Source: Mobula hypostoma (taxonomy: Eukaryota). Taken from it: a DNA stretch of 64,000 bases. Positions 37,495 to 50,030 of this stretch are shown in pieces. The DNA lies in contig NC_086108.1 in NCBI RefSeq assembly GCF_963921235.1, positions 12,648,001 to 12,712,000 on the forward strand. The letters run 5' to 3'. The notes beneath the pieces are model-generated. The model was given only the letters and a program-made list of their open reading frames with translations, had not been told where the DNA came from and did no database searches. Each line of letters begins with the position of its first letter. The stretch's first letter is position 1. Both the position numbers and the translations under genes were made by a program.

Positions 37495-37970
37495 CATTTG
37501 AGATGATTCCAGGATTGAAAGGCTTGAAATATGAGGAACATCTGATGGCTCTGGGCCTCTACTCACTACAATTCAGAAGAATGGGGAGGACCTCATTGAA
37601 GCCTATTGAATGTTGAAAGCTCCCAATAGAGTGGAAGTGGAGAGGATGTTTCCTGTGGTGGGGGAGTCTAAGACCAGAAAACACAGCTTCAGAATAGAGG
37701 GATGTCCTTTTAGAAAGGAGATGAGGAGGAAGTTCTTCACCAGAGAGTGATAATTCTGTGTAATTTGTTGCCATAGGCACCAGTGGAGGCCCAGTTATTG
37801 GGTATCTTTAAGGCAGAGATTAATGTTTCTTGATTAGTTTAGGCATGAAGGGAAACGGAGAGAAAGCAGAAGATTGGGGCTGAAAGGGAAAATGGATCAG
37901 CCATGATGAATGGTGGAGCAGACTTGATGGGCCAAATGGCCTAATTCTGCTGCCGTATGTTATGGTCTTA
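37495..37970 (+). mobile_element. CR1 3' fragment
   Basis: MIPGLKGLKYEEHLMALGLYSL. Confidence 0.8.
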
Positions 37971-38791
37971 CAAAATTGTGAAAAATGACCAAACACATCT
38001 CTATAAATATCCAACACAACTAGGAAAGTAAAACAGCATGGCGACAGGCTCTTCAGCCTATTTGTTCATACTCACCAAGATGCCCACCTAATCTAGTCCT
38101 AATAGCCAGCACTTGACCTTTCCTAACCAAACATCTTCTAAAATTTTGTTATTGTACCTGCCTCAACTACACCTCTCCGGAGGCCCACTCCATATGTGCA
38201 CCACCCTCTGCGTGAAGAAGTTTCTCCTCAGGTTCTCTATCACCTTAAATTCTAGATTTTGACCAGAGACCTTAAGACCATAAGATAAAGAAATAGAATT
38301 AAGCCATTTGGCCCATCGAGTCTGCTCTGCTATTTCATCATGACTGATCCATTTTCCCTCTCAGCTCCAATCTCCTGCCTTCGTCCCGCATCCTTTCATG
38401 CCCTGAACAATCAAGAATCTATCAATCTTTGCCTTAAATATACATACAGACTTGGTCTCCGCAGCCACCTATGGTAACTAGTTCCACAGATTCACTACAC
38501 TCTGGCTGAAGAAATTCCTCATCAACGTTCCAAGTGGATGTCCATCTATTCTGAGGCTGTGACCTCTGGTCTTAGACGCCTCCGCCCCCCCCCACCATAG
38601 GAAACATCCTCTCCACGTCCACTCTATCGAGGCCTTTCAACATTCAGTAAGCTTCAATGAGGTCACCCCTCATTCTTCTCAATTCTTGTGAGTACAGACC
38701 CAGAGCCATCAAATACTCCTCGTATGACAAACCTTTCAATCTCGGAATCATTTTCGTGAAATTTCTTTGAACCTTCTCCAATGTCAGCGCA

Positions 38792-39572
38792 AACAACAGG
38801 AATTCTGCAGATGCTGGAAATTCAAGCAACACACATAAAATTTGCTGGTGAACGCAGCAGGCCAGGCAGCATCTCTAGGAAGAGGTGCAGTCGACGTTTC
38901 AGGCCGAGACCCTTCGTCAGGACTAACTGAAGGAAGAGTGAGTAAGGGATTTGAAAGTTGGAGGGGGAGGGGGAGATCCAAAATGACAGGAGAAGACAGG
39001 AGGGGGAGGGATGGAGCCAAGAGCTGGACAGGTGATTGGCAAAAGGGATATGAGAGGATCATGGGACAGGAGGTCCGGGAAGAAAGACAAGCGGGGGGGG
39101 GGTGACCCAGAGGATGGGCAAGGGGTATATTCAGAGGGACAGAGGGAGGAAAAGGAGAGTGAGAGAAAGAATGTGTGTATAAAAATAAGTAACAGATGGG
39201 GTACGAGGGGGAGGTGGGGCATTAGCGGAAGTTAGAGAAGTCGATGTTCATGCCATCAGGTTGGAGGCTACCCAGACAGAATATAAGGTGTTGTTCCTCC
39301 AACCTGAGTGCGGCTTCATATTTACAGTAGAGGAGGCCATGGATAGACACGTCAGAATGGGAATGGGATGTGGAATTAAAATGTGTGGCCACTGGGAGAT
39401 CCTGCTTTCTCTGGCGGACAGAGCGTAAGTGTTCATCAAAGCGGTCTCCCAGTCTGCGTCTGGTCTCGCCAATATATAAAAGGCCACATCGGGAGCACCG
39501 GACGCGGTATATCACCCCAGCCGACTCACAGGTGAAGTGTTGCCTCACCTGGAAGGACTGTTTGGGGCCCTG
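38792..39572 (-). mobile_element. Penelope-like element (GIY-YIG) with a 12-bp TSD
   Basis: FTCESAGVIYRVRCSRCGLLYIGETRRRLGDRFDEH; TSD AATGTCAGCGCA at 38780-38791 and 39573-39584. Confidence 0.93.
38888..38925 (-). ncRNA. Minimal type I hammerhead ribozyme (intact core)
   Basis: TAGTC CTGACGA AGGGTCTCGGCCT GAAAC GTC^GACTG: stem I AGTC/GACT, CUGANGA and GAAA cores, palindromic ACGT in place of stem III, GUC cleavage triplet. Confidence 0.82.
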
Positions 39573-40060
39573 AATGTCAGCGCATCCTTTTTTAGATACG
39601 GAGCCCAAAACTCACAATACTCCAACTGAGGCCTCACCAATGCTTCATAAAGCCTCAATATTCCATCCTTGCTTTTATATTCTAGTCCTCTTGAAATGAA
39701 TGCTAACGTTGCATTTGCTTTCCTCACCGCCTCAATGAACTTTTTTTTTTAGGGAATCCTGCATGAGGACTCCTAAGAACCTTTGAATAAAGACAGGGTC
39801 CCTGTTCTCTGGGGAAAGACCCTCGCTGTGGCTGGCATGGATTTTTATACACATCTATAATGTCACTCCAGTCTCCTGTACAATGCATAAAGTCCTAGCC
39901 TGCCTAAACTCTCCCTATTACTCAGGCCCTCAAATCTGGGCAACATTCCTGTAAATCCAAAAGTGTAAACTCTTTCCAGTTTAATGACACTGTTCATGTA
40001 ATATGGTCACCAACCTGTACACAGGGTGACCAAAGAATAAAACGGTACTACTGTTTAAAC

Positions 40061-40140
40061 CAGGGATTCTCATTTTGAGGTCCATGGACCCCACAGTTAA
40101 TGGTAGGGGTCCAGAGTATAAAACAGGCTTGGAACCTCTG
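40061..40140. mobile_element. Small non-autonomous hAT-like MITE remnant
   Basis: Imperfect TIRs CAGGGATTC / GAACCTCTG; near-8-bp TSD GTTTAAAC/AGTTAAAC; internal palindrome GGTCCATGGACC. Confidence 0.45.
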
Positions 40141-40197
40141 AGTTAAACCCTCCCTCCAGTTCACCTACAATGGCAATTTGTGTGAACCACTGACTAC

Positions 40198-40315
40198 CTG
40201 ATGATTTGTTCGCAGGTTGTCAATCTGTTTCCGATAGAGGTTTGTCCAGAATTCCTTGCAGATAAACTTCATGATGTCCAGCTCATCTTTGAACGAAGGA
40301 GTTTCCTTAGTGAAT
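40198..40315 (-). CDS. TRAPPC6A: TRAPPC6-family exon 3 (118 nt)
   Basis: tgcag|(R)FTKETPSFKDELDIMKFICKEFWTNLYRKQIDNLRTNHQ|gtagtc; phase matches exon 2. Confidence 0.97.
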
Positions 40316-40727
40316 CTGCAACAACAATCACAGTTCACATTTATAAAATACCTTGAGCATTGATTAACTTCAAAGCAGTCATCAAACAAAAACTGGACTT
40401 GGAAAACACTCAGGCAGATGATACTGGACAACAAAGAGTTTGCTTCCTGAATACTTTTGGTATATTTTATGGATTTTGGGCTGCTGATTATGAAAACCAC
40501 CACTTTTTAAAATTGCCGATATACGTTATTTCAATTCATAATTCAAGTGAATAACAATGTTGCCCGCAATACAAGCTGAAACATTTTCTATCTTGTCTAG
40601 GCACGCATGGGAGTGCTTAGGCAGTGCAAGACAAGTCTTAGAAAGGCTATAATTTCTAATTTTCAAAAAAAACTTTTGTCCGATGTGGGACATTTGACAA
40701 ACCTTGAACTTTACTGTGCTCATGGAC

Positions 40728-42992
40728 TTAGAAACATAGAAACATAGAAAATAGGTGCAGGAGTAGGCCATTCGGCCCTTCGAGCCTGCACCGCCATTTA
40801 TTATGATCATGGCTGATCATCCACCTCAGAACCCCGCCCCAGCCTTCCCTCCATACCCCCTGATCCCCGTAGCCACAAGGGCCATATCTAACTCCCTCTT
40901 AAATATAGCCAATGAACTGGCCTCAACCGTTTCCTGTGGCAGAGAATTCCACAGATTCACCACTCTCTGTGTGAAGAAGTTTTTCCTAATCTCGGTCCTA
41001 AAAGGCTTCCCCTCTATCCTCAAACTGTGACCCCTTGTTCTGGACTTCCCCAACATCGGGAACAATCTTCCTGCATTTAGCCCGTCCAATCCCTTTAGGA
41101 TTTTATACGTTTCAATCAGATCCCCCCTCAATCTTCTAAATTCCAACGAGTACAAGCCCAGTTCATCCAGTCTTTCTTCATATGAAAGACCTGCCATCCC
41201 AGGAATCAATCTGGTGAACCTTCTTTGTACTCCCTCTATGGCAAGGATGTCTTTCCTCAGATTAGGGGACCAAAACTGCACACAATACTCCAGGTGTGGT
41301 CTCACCAAGGCCTTGTACAACTGCAGTAGTACCTCCCTGCTCCTGTACTCGAATCCTCTCGCTATAATTGCCAGCATACCATTCGCCTTTTTCACCGCCT
41401 GCTGTACCTGCATGCCCACTTTCAATGACTGGTGTATAATGACACCCAGGTCTCGTTGCACCTCCCCTTTTCCTAATCGGCCACCATTCAGATAATAATC
41501 TGTTTTCCTATTTTTGCCACCAAAGTGGATAACTTCACATTTATCCACATTAAATTGCATCTGCCATGAATTTGCCCACTCACCCAACCTATCCAAGTCA
41601 CCCTGCATCCTCTTAGCATCCTCCTCACAGCTAACACTGCCACCCAGCTTCGTGTCATCCGCAAACTTGGAGATGCTCCATTTAATTCCCTCATCCAAGT
41701 CATTAATATATATCGTAAACAACTGGGGTCCCAGCACTGAGCCTTGCGGTACCCCACTGGTCACCGCCTACCATTCTGAAAAGGTCCCGTTTACTCCCAC
41801 TCTTTGCTTCCTGACTGCTAACCAATTCTCCATCCACATCAATACCTTACCCCCAATACCGTGTGCTTTAAGTTTGCACACTAATCTCCTGTGTGGGACC
41901 TTGTCAAAAGCCTTTTGAAAATCCAAATATACCACATCCACTCGTTCTCCCCTATCCACTCTACTGGTTACATCCTCAAAAAATTCTATAAGATTCGTCA
42001 GACATGATTTTCCTTTCACAAATCCATGCTGACTTTGTCCGATGATTTCACCGCTTTCCAAACGTGCTGTTATCACATCTTTGATAACTGACTCCAGCAG
42101 TTTCCCCACCACCTACGTTAGGCTAACCGGTCTATAATTCCCCGGTTTCTCTCTCCCTCCTTTTTTAAACAGTGGGGTTACATTAGCCACCCTCCAATCC
42201 TCAGGAACTAGTCCAGAATCTAACGAGTTTTGAAAAATTATCACTAATGCATCCACTATTTCTTGGGCTACTTCCTTAAGCACTCTAGGATGCAGACCAT
42301 CTGGCCCTGGGGATTTATCTGCCTTCAATCCCTTCAATCTACCTAACACCACTTCCCTACTAACAAGTATTTCGCTCAGTTCCTCCATCTCACTGGACCC
42401 TCTGTCCCTTACTATTTCTGGAAGATTATTTATGTCCTCCTTAGTGAAGACAGAACCAAAGTAATTATTCAATTGGTCTGCCATGTCCTTGCTCCCCATA
42501 ATCAATTCACCTGTTTCTGTCTGTAGGGGACCTACATTTGTCTTTACCAGTCTTTTCCTTTTTACATATCTATAAAAGCTTTTACAGTCCGTTTTTATGT
42601 TCCCTGCCAGTTTTCTCTCATAATCTTTTTTCCCCTTCCTAATTAAGCCCTTTGTCCTCCTCTGCTGAACTCTGAATTTCTCCCAGTCCTCAGGTGAGCC
42701 ACTTTCTCTGGCTAATTTGTATGCTTCTTCTTTGGAATTGATACTATCCCTAATTTCCCTTGTCAGCCACGGGTGCACTACCTTCCTTGATTTATTCTTT
42801 TGCCAAACTGGGATGAACAATTGTTGTAGTTCATCCATGCAACCTTTAAATGCTTGCCATTGCATATCCACCGTCAATCGTTTAAGTGTCATTTGCCAGT
42901 CTATCTTAGCTAATTCACGTCTCATACCTTCAAAGTTACCCCTCTTTAAGTTCAGAACCTTTAAGTTTTTACCCCTCTTTAAGTTCAGAACT
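40728..42992 (-). mobile_element. Young 5'-truncated CR1 LINE (2.2 kb of ORF2 plus 3' UTR)
   Basis: PGPDGLHPRVLKE, YRPVSLT, DFQKAFDKVPH, GVPQGSVLGP, FADD; one frameshift (~42112) and one stop (41768); (TTTCTATG)n tail. Confidence 0.96.
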
Positions 42993-43499
42993 TCTTCATC
43001 AAGTTATGCTATTGTTGTACTGTTGTAACTATATGTTATAATTATGTGGTTTTGTCAGTTTTTTCGGTCTTGGTCTGTCTTGTGTTTTGTGTTACCACAC
43101 CGGAGGAAATAATGTATCATTTCTTAATGCACGCATTACTAAATGACAATAAAAGAGGACTACATGTCTTCATAATCATCCCTACCACCCAGGACATGCT
43201 CTCTTTTCATCACTACAATCAGGAAGGAGGTACAGAAGCCTGAAGAAACACATTCAACAAATCAGGAACAGCTTCTTCCCCTCTGCCATCCAAATTCAAA
43301 ATGGATGGTGAACCCATGAACACTGCCTCACTACTTTTTTATCTCTATTTTTTGCACTACTGATTTAACTATCTTATTTATTTTTTTCTTCCTGCAAGTT
43401 ATGTTTTTTTCTATTATTATGTGTTGCATTGAACTGCTGCTGCAAAGGCAACAAATTAAACAACGTATGTCGGTGATATTAAACCTGATTCTGATTCTG

Positions 43500-43862
43500 A
43501 GTTGGTCACCCACAGCTTCGCTTCAAAGAAGTCTGCAAAAAGGATCTGAAGCTGGCCGACACTGATGTGAATAACTGGAAAGACATAGCAGACGACCCGG
43601 CCGCCTGGAATCTCGCAGTTCAAAAAGGCATAAAAGGAGAACAGAGGACCCACATCAACGAGCTGGCTGTCCAGAGAGCTCAACAGAAGCAGAGGGCCGC
43701 TTCAACCAGATGCTCGTCTTCCTTCTCCTGCAGCCAGTGAGGAAGAGACAATCACTCTGGAGTGGGACTCCTCGGCCACTCTAGGAAGTGAACCACCACA
43801 AGCTGACTTTTCCTGTGTGCTACACACCGCTTTTCGAACAGAAGAATGCCAACAAGATGGCC
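43500..43862 (+). mobile_element. RTE 3' fragment
   Basis: QLRFKEVCKKDLK..TWKDIADD..W; zinc-finger remnant. Confidence 0.6.
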
Positions 43863-44043
43863 CTCATACACTCTGTCCAAGAAACATAAAAAGAAAGAAC
43901 TCTGGAAATGGTCCAATAAAAGGCAAAGCATTAACATTTCCAGTCAATGAATTTACATTAGAACCACGAATGCTTTAAATGAGTTTTAGGATGCAGGGAA
44001 AGGGGGAAGATTTGCGAAAGGGCAGAAACCAGCAGAGATCAGA

Positions 44044-44322
44044 TGGCAGCACAAAGAATGGTGGTTAGCACATCGCTTTGCAGCTCCAGCGACGCAGGTT
44101 CAATTTCCGATCTCCCTGCAAGGAGTTTGTACGCTTTCCACATAACCACGTGGGTTTCCTCCAGGTCCTCCGGTTTCCTCTCACAGTCTAAAGATGTATC
44201 AGGTAGTAGGTTAATTGGTCGTTGTAATCTGTCCTGTGATTAGGCTGGGATTAAATTGGGGGTTTGGTAGGTGACGCGACTCAAAGGGACAGAAGGTTTT
44301 TCAATAAATAAATAAACAAACA
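44044..44322 (+). mobile_element. V-SINE-like SINE
   Basis: tRNA-like head (TGGTGGTTAGCAC..GGTTCAATTTCC); V-domain-like core; (TAAA)n tail. Confidence 0.7.
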
Positions 44323-44641
44323 GGAAAATTTCTGGCATTCTCTGCTATAGAGTCATAGAAGAGTACAGCACAGAAACAGGCCCTTCGGCCCATCTAGTCT
44401 GTGCCGAGTCATTTAAACTTCCTACTCCCATCAACCTGCACCAGGACCTTACCATCCATGTACCTATCCAAACTTCTCTTAAACTTTGCAATCGAGCTTA
44501 CATGCACCACTTGCGCTGGCAGCTCATTCCACACTCTTATGACCCTCTGAGTGAAGATGTTTCCCCTCATATTCCCCTTAAATCTTCCGCCCTCAACCTC
44601 TCACTGTAGTCCCACCCAACCTCGGTGGAAGAAGCCTGCTT

Positions 44642-44884
44642 GGAGGGAGGGAAGGGAGGGAACATCGACTCAGACCATGAGAGGCCTGCGTCGGGCATTT
44701 TCATGCCTTACAAGGTGCAGATTGGAAGTCTGTGTGGGACGCCGCTCCTCTCACAGACACTAGAGCAACGTGTGGTTAAGTGCCTTGCTCAAGGACACAA
44801 ACACGCTGCCACAGCTGAGGCTTGAACTAGTAACCTTCACTAATTCACTAGACAAACACCTTAACCACTTGGTCACGTGCCCAT
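44642..44884 (-). mobile_element. tRNA-derived SINE inserted in a CR1 3' fragment
   Basis: Reverse complement of the 53581-53800 copy; A/B-box-like head. Confidence 0.8.
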
Positions 44885-45029
44885 TTACCCTATCTATATA
44901 CACTTCATAATTACTCCAAACTCCAGCAGGTGTAGTGTTCTGTTTTTGAATGAATTTTGGGAGCTTTATTGCAATTTACCAAGTGATCGATTGTCTCTAT
45001 GCATCTGAGGGTTAACACACAAAATCATT

Positions 45030-45865
45030 ATCAGAACTGAATCAGATCTATTATCACTGACGTTTGCCGTAAAATTTGTTGTTTTGTAGTTGCAGTACAT
45101 TGCAAGAAATAAAAAAGTATTCTAAGTTACAAGAAAAATAAATAAGTATTGCAAAAGAGGAAAAATGTCGGATTCATGGACTGTTCAGAGATCAGATGGC
45201 GGAGATTGTTCCTAAAATGTTGTCTGTGCATCTTTGGGCTCCTGTTCATCCTCCCTGCCAGTAGTAATGAGAGGAAGGTATCTCTAGATGGATGCTGCCT
45301 TCTTGAAGCACCACCGTTTGAAGATGTCCTCAAGGCTGGAGGGGCTTAGTGGCATGATGAAGCTGGCTGATTCCACAACTCTCCGCAGCCTCTTCTGACC
45401 CTCCACGCCAGACTGTGCTGCCATCAGTCAGAATACTCTCCATAGTACATCTGTGGAAATTTGCAATCCCAAACTCCTAATGAAGTACGTGCCTTTTTTC
45501 TTGACTGCATCATTATGTTGGGCCCTGACATGTTGACACTTCGGAACTTGAAACTGCTCACCGTTTCCACAGCTGACCCTTCGATGAGGACTGGTGTGTG
45601 TTCTCCCAATGACCCCTTCCTGAAGTCCACAATCAATTCCACGGTCTTGCTGACGTTGAGTGCAAGGTTGTCGCTGTGACTCTGCTCAACCAGCCAATAT
45701 ATCTCACTCCTGTTCACCATCTGAGATTCTGCTAACAACAGTGGTGTCGTCAGGAAATTTATAGACAGTGTTTAAGCTGCCACACAGTCATGAGAATAGA
45801 GAGAGTAGAGCAGCAGGCTAAGCACAAACCTCCGAGGTGTGCCACTGTTGATTATCAGTGAGGGG
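45030..45865 (-). mobile_element. Rex1/L2-like LINE fragment
   Basis: NLALNVSKTVELIVDFRK..VETVSSFKF. Confidence 0.75.
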
Positions 45866-46202
45866 GGCTTGTTCCTCAGTCACTTACTAACTAAACTATC
45901 TGCCCTCCCACTGCCACTCAGTACAAGTTTAGACATTCTGTGTTTGGACTCAGGGAGCTCTGATTTGGGTGCTGGGCACACAATAATCTTCAAAGCCAGA
46001 TGTGCTTACATTGTATGATCCAAAGGGATTCTCTTGTGGAACAGGAGGAACTCAGCAGGTCGCGCAGCATTTGTTGGTGGTGGGGAGAGGGGGAAGGAAG
46101 GTAAGAACTGTTGTCATTTTGGCTCGAGACGCAAGAGGGAAAGTAGCCAGTGTGTACGGTAAGGAACATGTAGAAAATCTCAGATGTTTGTCAAAGGCTA
46201 AC

Positions 46203-46270
46203 CTTTCAATCAGACCTTGTCCTGCACGGAAGCCCATTCGTTCCAATGTGGAAATGCACTTCCCATGGCC
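46203..46270 (-). CDS. TRAPPC6A: TRAPPC6-family exon 2 (68 nt)
   Basis: ttctctgtag|GHGKCISTLERMGFRAGQGLIE(R)|gttagc; matches the conserved LE.MGFRVGQ.L.ER motif. Confidence 0.95.
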
Positions 46271-46559
46271 CTACAGAGAAACACGAACATTAACAGATAA
46301 CCCCAGAATCATTCAGAGATCAACATTAAAATAGCAATCAAACGCTTTCATACCACTTCCTGCGGGCTTTGAAAACATATTTTGAAATGCCTCAAATCTG
46401 CAGATCAAAGAACAAATCTAACCTGCACAACTCCACAAATTAGCTTAGCCGTGTAATCCTTCTGGGCAGTCCTCTCCACCACAAGATCAGCCTCTCTCCC
46501 AGACAAGAGCAACTTGTCCGCAGGCCAGCCAATGGGCACTGGTGACCAGTGAGACAAAA

Positions 46560-47605
46560 GACCATCATCACCATCGTGACATGGGTGATCATGGTCTTCC
46601 ATCTATTTTTAATCTGAGAAGTTCTTCAAAAATTCTGCCTGCCCATCCCTTGATGTAACTCATGAATGTCATGTGCTGTTGATCACAATTTTTTCTTCCA
46701 TCCATTTTTTCCATCACTGCAAGATCTCCGAGCTCCACTTTCCTTGGTACATGACTCAGAAATTTCAGCTGCCGCTTCTTGATTGATGATATCAGCACTC
46801 ATCTTATTCTGGCTTTTTGCAAAACTTCCTCATTTGTTACTCTGTCCTTACACGATATTTTTATCATTCTTCTCAAAATCCACGTTTCTGCAGCTTCAAG
46901 TCTTCCTTCATTTTGCTTTGTCCAGCATTCACTTCCATATGTTAGTGTGGAATTAATGTAGTTCCGCAACACTGAATTTCGCACCCATTGAAATTTTGTT
47001 ATTTAGTATCTTGCTCAAATGCTCGAATGCTCATTCAGCAATCCCAATCCTCAACATCAGCCCTACTGTCAGATGTTATCATGCTCCCTGATTGGAATTC
47101 CATGTTTGTTTAATTGTTTTGCTGCCCAGTTTCAGTTTGCATTCCTGTATTTCTTTCTTCTTTGTGACAACCCACACATTTGGTCTTTTTGCAGTTGATG
47201 GTCAATCCTCTCTTTGCATTTTCTTCGACAACTTTATCTAGTATTTCTTGGAGCTTCTCTTTAGTTGTAGCCATCAGCACTGTGTCATCTGCGTATCGCG
47301 GGGCATCCACCTATTATCATATCTGGAATACTGCTAATTCTCTCAGAATCTTCTCACTATAAATGTTGAAAATGTTGGGTGAGAGAACGCAACCCTGTCT
47401 GACTCCCCTCTCAATCTGGATAAAATCACTTGTCTCATTTTTAACTCCCATTCCCGCTCTTTGTGCCCAATACAAGTTTCAAATCATTCTGATATCCTTC
47501 CCATCAACGTTCAAGTGCTGAAGGATTTTTCCAAGCTCTTCATGTCTCAACTTATCAAAAGCTTTGGAATAATCGATGAAACACTGGTATAGGTCTCTCT
47601 GGACC
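46560..47605 (-). mobile_element. Decayed RTE-clade LINE fragment
   Basis: FIDYSKAFDK, GVRQGCVLSP, RYADDTVLMA, LTYGSECWT, LEAAETWILRRM. Confidence 0.85.
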
Positions 47606-48329
47606 TCTATGGCATGCCACAGAGGTCCAGAAAGACCTAGACCTATGTTTATGAGGCAATAGCCCAACTACCCCATAAACTGAATGCCTGAATCTGTGAA
47701 CTACCTCTCTCGGTGAACTGATCACTTCTGGCGCACCAATGACCCTCCCTCTGGCTATCCACACCTGCTGACTTACCTAACAACCACACACCACCAACAA
47801 ACCGGTCTAGAACACTGACAAACCCCACCCCACCAACTGCCCAGGGTAGGAATGAGGGAGGGACATGAAGCTGAGGGGTTGCAATCGGGTAGTACGAAGT
47901 AACAGATGGAAGTGCACAAGGGGGAGACGGAGGGCAAGAGGGGTAGACTAGGATTGTATAGGAGTGGGTTGGAGAGGAAGGGGAGGGGAAAGATTTGGGG
48001 TGAGAGAGCTGGTGGTTAAGAGGTGGGCTGTTGGGTTCAGGAAGGGGTTAGGGATGATGAGGGATTACCGAGGCGGGGATTGGGCAGCAGAGGGTTACAG
48101 ATGATGAGGGTTGGAGATAGGGTGTGAGTGGTTTGGGGAAAGGTTCGGAGGTTGAGGGTCTGGAGAAAAGAAGGGGGTTAGTGGTGGTGAGGGGTAAACA
48201 AGATGTGGGTTTAAATGGGTGGGTGAGGGTTTAGGATGGAAAAAGAAGAATTTGGAGAGAGGGTGAGGGTTCGGAGGAAAGGTGAGGGTAAGGATTTAGG
48301 GTATAGTTTGAAGATTTGGAGGAAGTGGG

Positions 48330-48625
48330 AGTGAGGTTTTTGAGGGAAGAGGAGGATGAGAGTTTTGGAGTGAGGGTAAGTGTTTTTGAGGGAAGAGGAG
48401 GGTAAGAGTTTTGGAGGGAGTAATGGTGAGTGTTTTTGAGGGAAGAGGAGGGTAAGAGTTTTGGAGGGAGTGAGGGTGAGTGTTTTTGAGGGAAGAGGAT
48501 GGTGAGAATTTTGGAGAGTGAGGGTCAGTGTTTTTGAGGGAAGAGGAGGGTGAGAATTTTGTAGGGAGTGAGGGTCAGAGTTTTGGAGGGAGTGAGGGTG
48601 AGTGTCTTTGAGGGAAGAGGGGGTT
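48330..48625. repeat. 50-bp purine-rich tandem repeat in TRAPPC6 intron 1
   Basis: TGTTTTTGAGGGAAGAGGA.. at 48381, 48431, 48481. Confidence 0.9.
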
Positions 48626-48629
48626 GAGG

Positions 48630-48960
48630 ATTAGGGGCCTGCGGTCGGTCGGTCGGTCTGCGCTGCGCTGCGTTCGCGGCCTGCTTCCTGCTTCCTCCCC
48701 AGTCCTCAGCCTCAGTTACCGGGTCCTCGGGCTCAGCCTCGCTCTGCAGTCGCGACACCAGCTCCAGGTGCAGCAGCTCGAACAGCACCTCGGTCATGGC
48801 ACCGGCTCCTTCCCTCCGCTTCCCCTGCCCGGTGGCCGCCCGCTGACTCTCCCGGAGTCGCCAACCCCTGGGGAGCCTGTAGTCGGCCACTTGGGCGCGG
48901 AGTCGGGACCCGGAATCTGGGCGGTGTCACCGTGATCTGGGGCGGGAGATGGTCCGTTTC
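48630..48960 (-). promoter_or_regulatory. CpG island over TRAPPC6 exon 1, with a GC box
   Basis: High CpG density; GGGGCGGG at ~48939. Confidence 0.55.
48720..48797 (-). CDS. TRAPPC6A: TRAPPC6-family (TRAPP subunit 6A/6B-like) coding exon 1
   Basis: GCCATG start at 48797; MTEVLFELLHLELVSRLQSEAEPEDP resembles the TRAPPC6 N-terminus (..VLFEFLHTEMV..); donor GTAACT follows; CpG-rich. The A vs B paralog assignment is inferred from residues and ERCC2 linkage. Confidence 0.9.
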
Positions 48961-49560
48961 CTGGTGTTTATAATGGGCTGGGGTCGGTACTGAGATTCTG
49001 TGGTCGGGAAGTCTGTGGTCAGTGTCTGGAGATGGTGGGCAGGGTCTGAGGGTCAGTGGGCAGGCAGGCAGGATCTGGAGTCTGGGGTCAGTGGGCAGGC
49101 CGGCAGGGTCTGAGGGTCAGTGGGCAGGCCAGCTGGCAGGGTCTGAGGGTTAGTGGGCAGGATGGCCGGCAGGGTCTGAGGGTCAGTGGGCAGGCAGGCA
49201 GGATCTGGAGTCTGGGGTCAGTGGTCAGGGTATGGATCTGGTGCTCAGTGTCTGGGTCTGCTGGTCAGTGTCCCGAATCAATGGGATCAGTGTTCAGGGT
49301 CTGGGTGTTTATAACGGGCTGGGGTTGGTACTGAGATTCTGTGGTCGGGAGGTCTGATGGTCAGTGTCTGGAGATGGTGGGCAGGGTCTGAGGGTCAGTG
49401 GGCAGGCCGGCAGGGTCTGGAGTCAGTGGTCAGGGTCTGGGTCTGCTGGTCAGTGTCCTGAATCATTGGGATCAGTGTTCAGGGTCTGGGTATTTATAAT
49501 GGGCTGGGTCAGTACTGAGATTGTGTGGTTTGGGGCTGGTGCTCAGTCTGGGGCTGATCC
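48960..49560. repeat. Nested tandem duplications upstream of TRAPPC6
   Basis: GTGTTTATAA.GGGCTGGG...TACTGAGATT block three times (~48961, 49301, 49487), with internal GGGTCTGAGGGTCAGTGGGCAGG units. Confidence 0.85.
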
Positions 49561-49574
49561 ACCAGTCCCAGTCA

Positions 49575-50030
49575 ATCGTTGAGCACATCTACATGAAACG
49601 CTGTCTTAGCAAAGCAGCATCTATCATCAGGGATCACCCACCACCCACGTCGTGCTCTCTTCTCGCTGCTGCTATCAGGTGGAAGGTACAAGCGCCTCAG
49701 GACTCAGACCACCAGGTTCAAGGACAATTATCACCCCTCAACCATCAGGCTCTTGAGCAAAAGGCATAAACTCATTTCTATTTTTGGTGTTCCCACAACC
49801 GATGATCTCACTTTAAGGACACTTTATCTCATGTTCTCGTTATTAATTGCTATTTATTTATATTTTCATTTGCACAGTTTGTTGCCTTCTGCACTCTGGT
49901 AGATCTTTCATTGATCCTGTTATAGTTATTATTCTATAGATTGGTTGAATATGCCCATAAGAAAATGAATCTCAAGGTTGTATATGGTGACATATGGACT
50001 TTGATAATAACATTTGCTTTGAACTTTGAA
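49575..50030 (+). mobile_element. Rex1/L2-like LINE 3' end
   Basis: IEHIYMKRCLSKAASIIRD.HP; (TTTGAAC)n-like tail. Confidence 0.75.

Larger units (their letters stand above)
38270..39790 (-). mobile_element. CR1 fragment split by a Penelope insertion
   Basis: KANATLAFISRGLEYKSK...LKKDALT|insert|LEKVQRNFTKMIP. Confidence 0.85.

Noticed and set aside
48525..48890. 121-aa ORF as a single-exon gene or N-terminal extension
   Set aside because: Only 48720-48797 is homologous to TRAPPC6. The listed start is not ATG, and the rest reads into intronic repeat.
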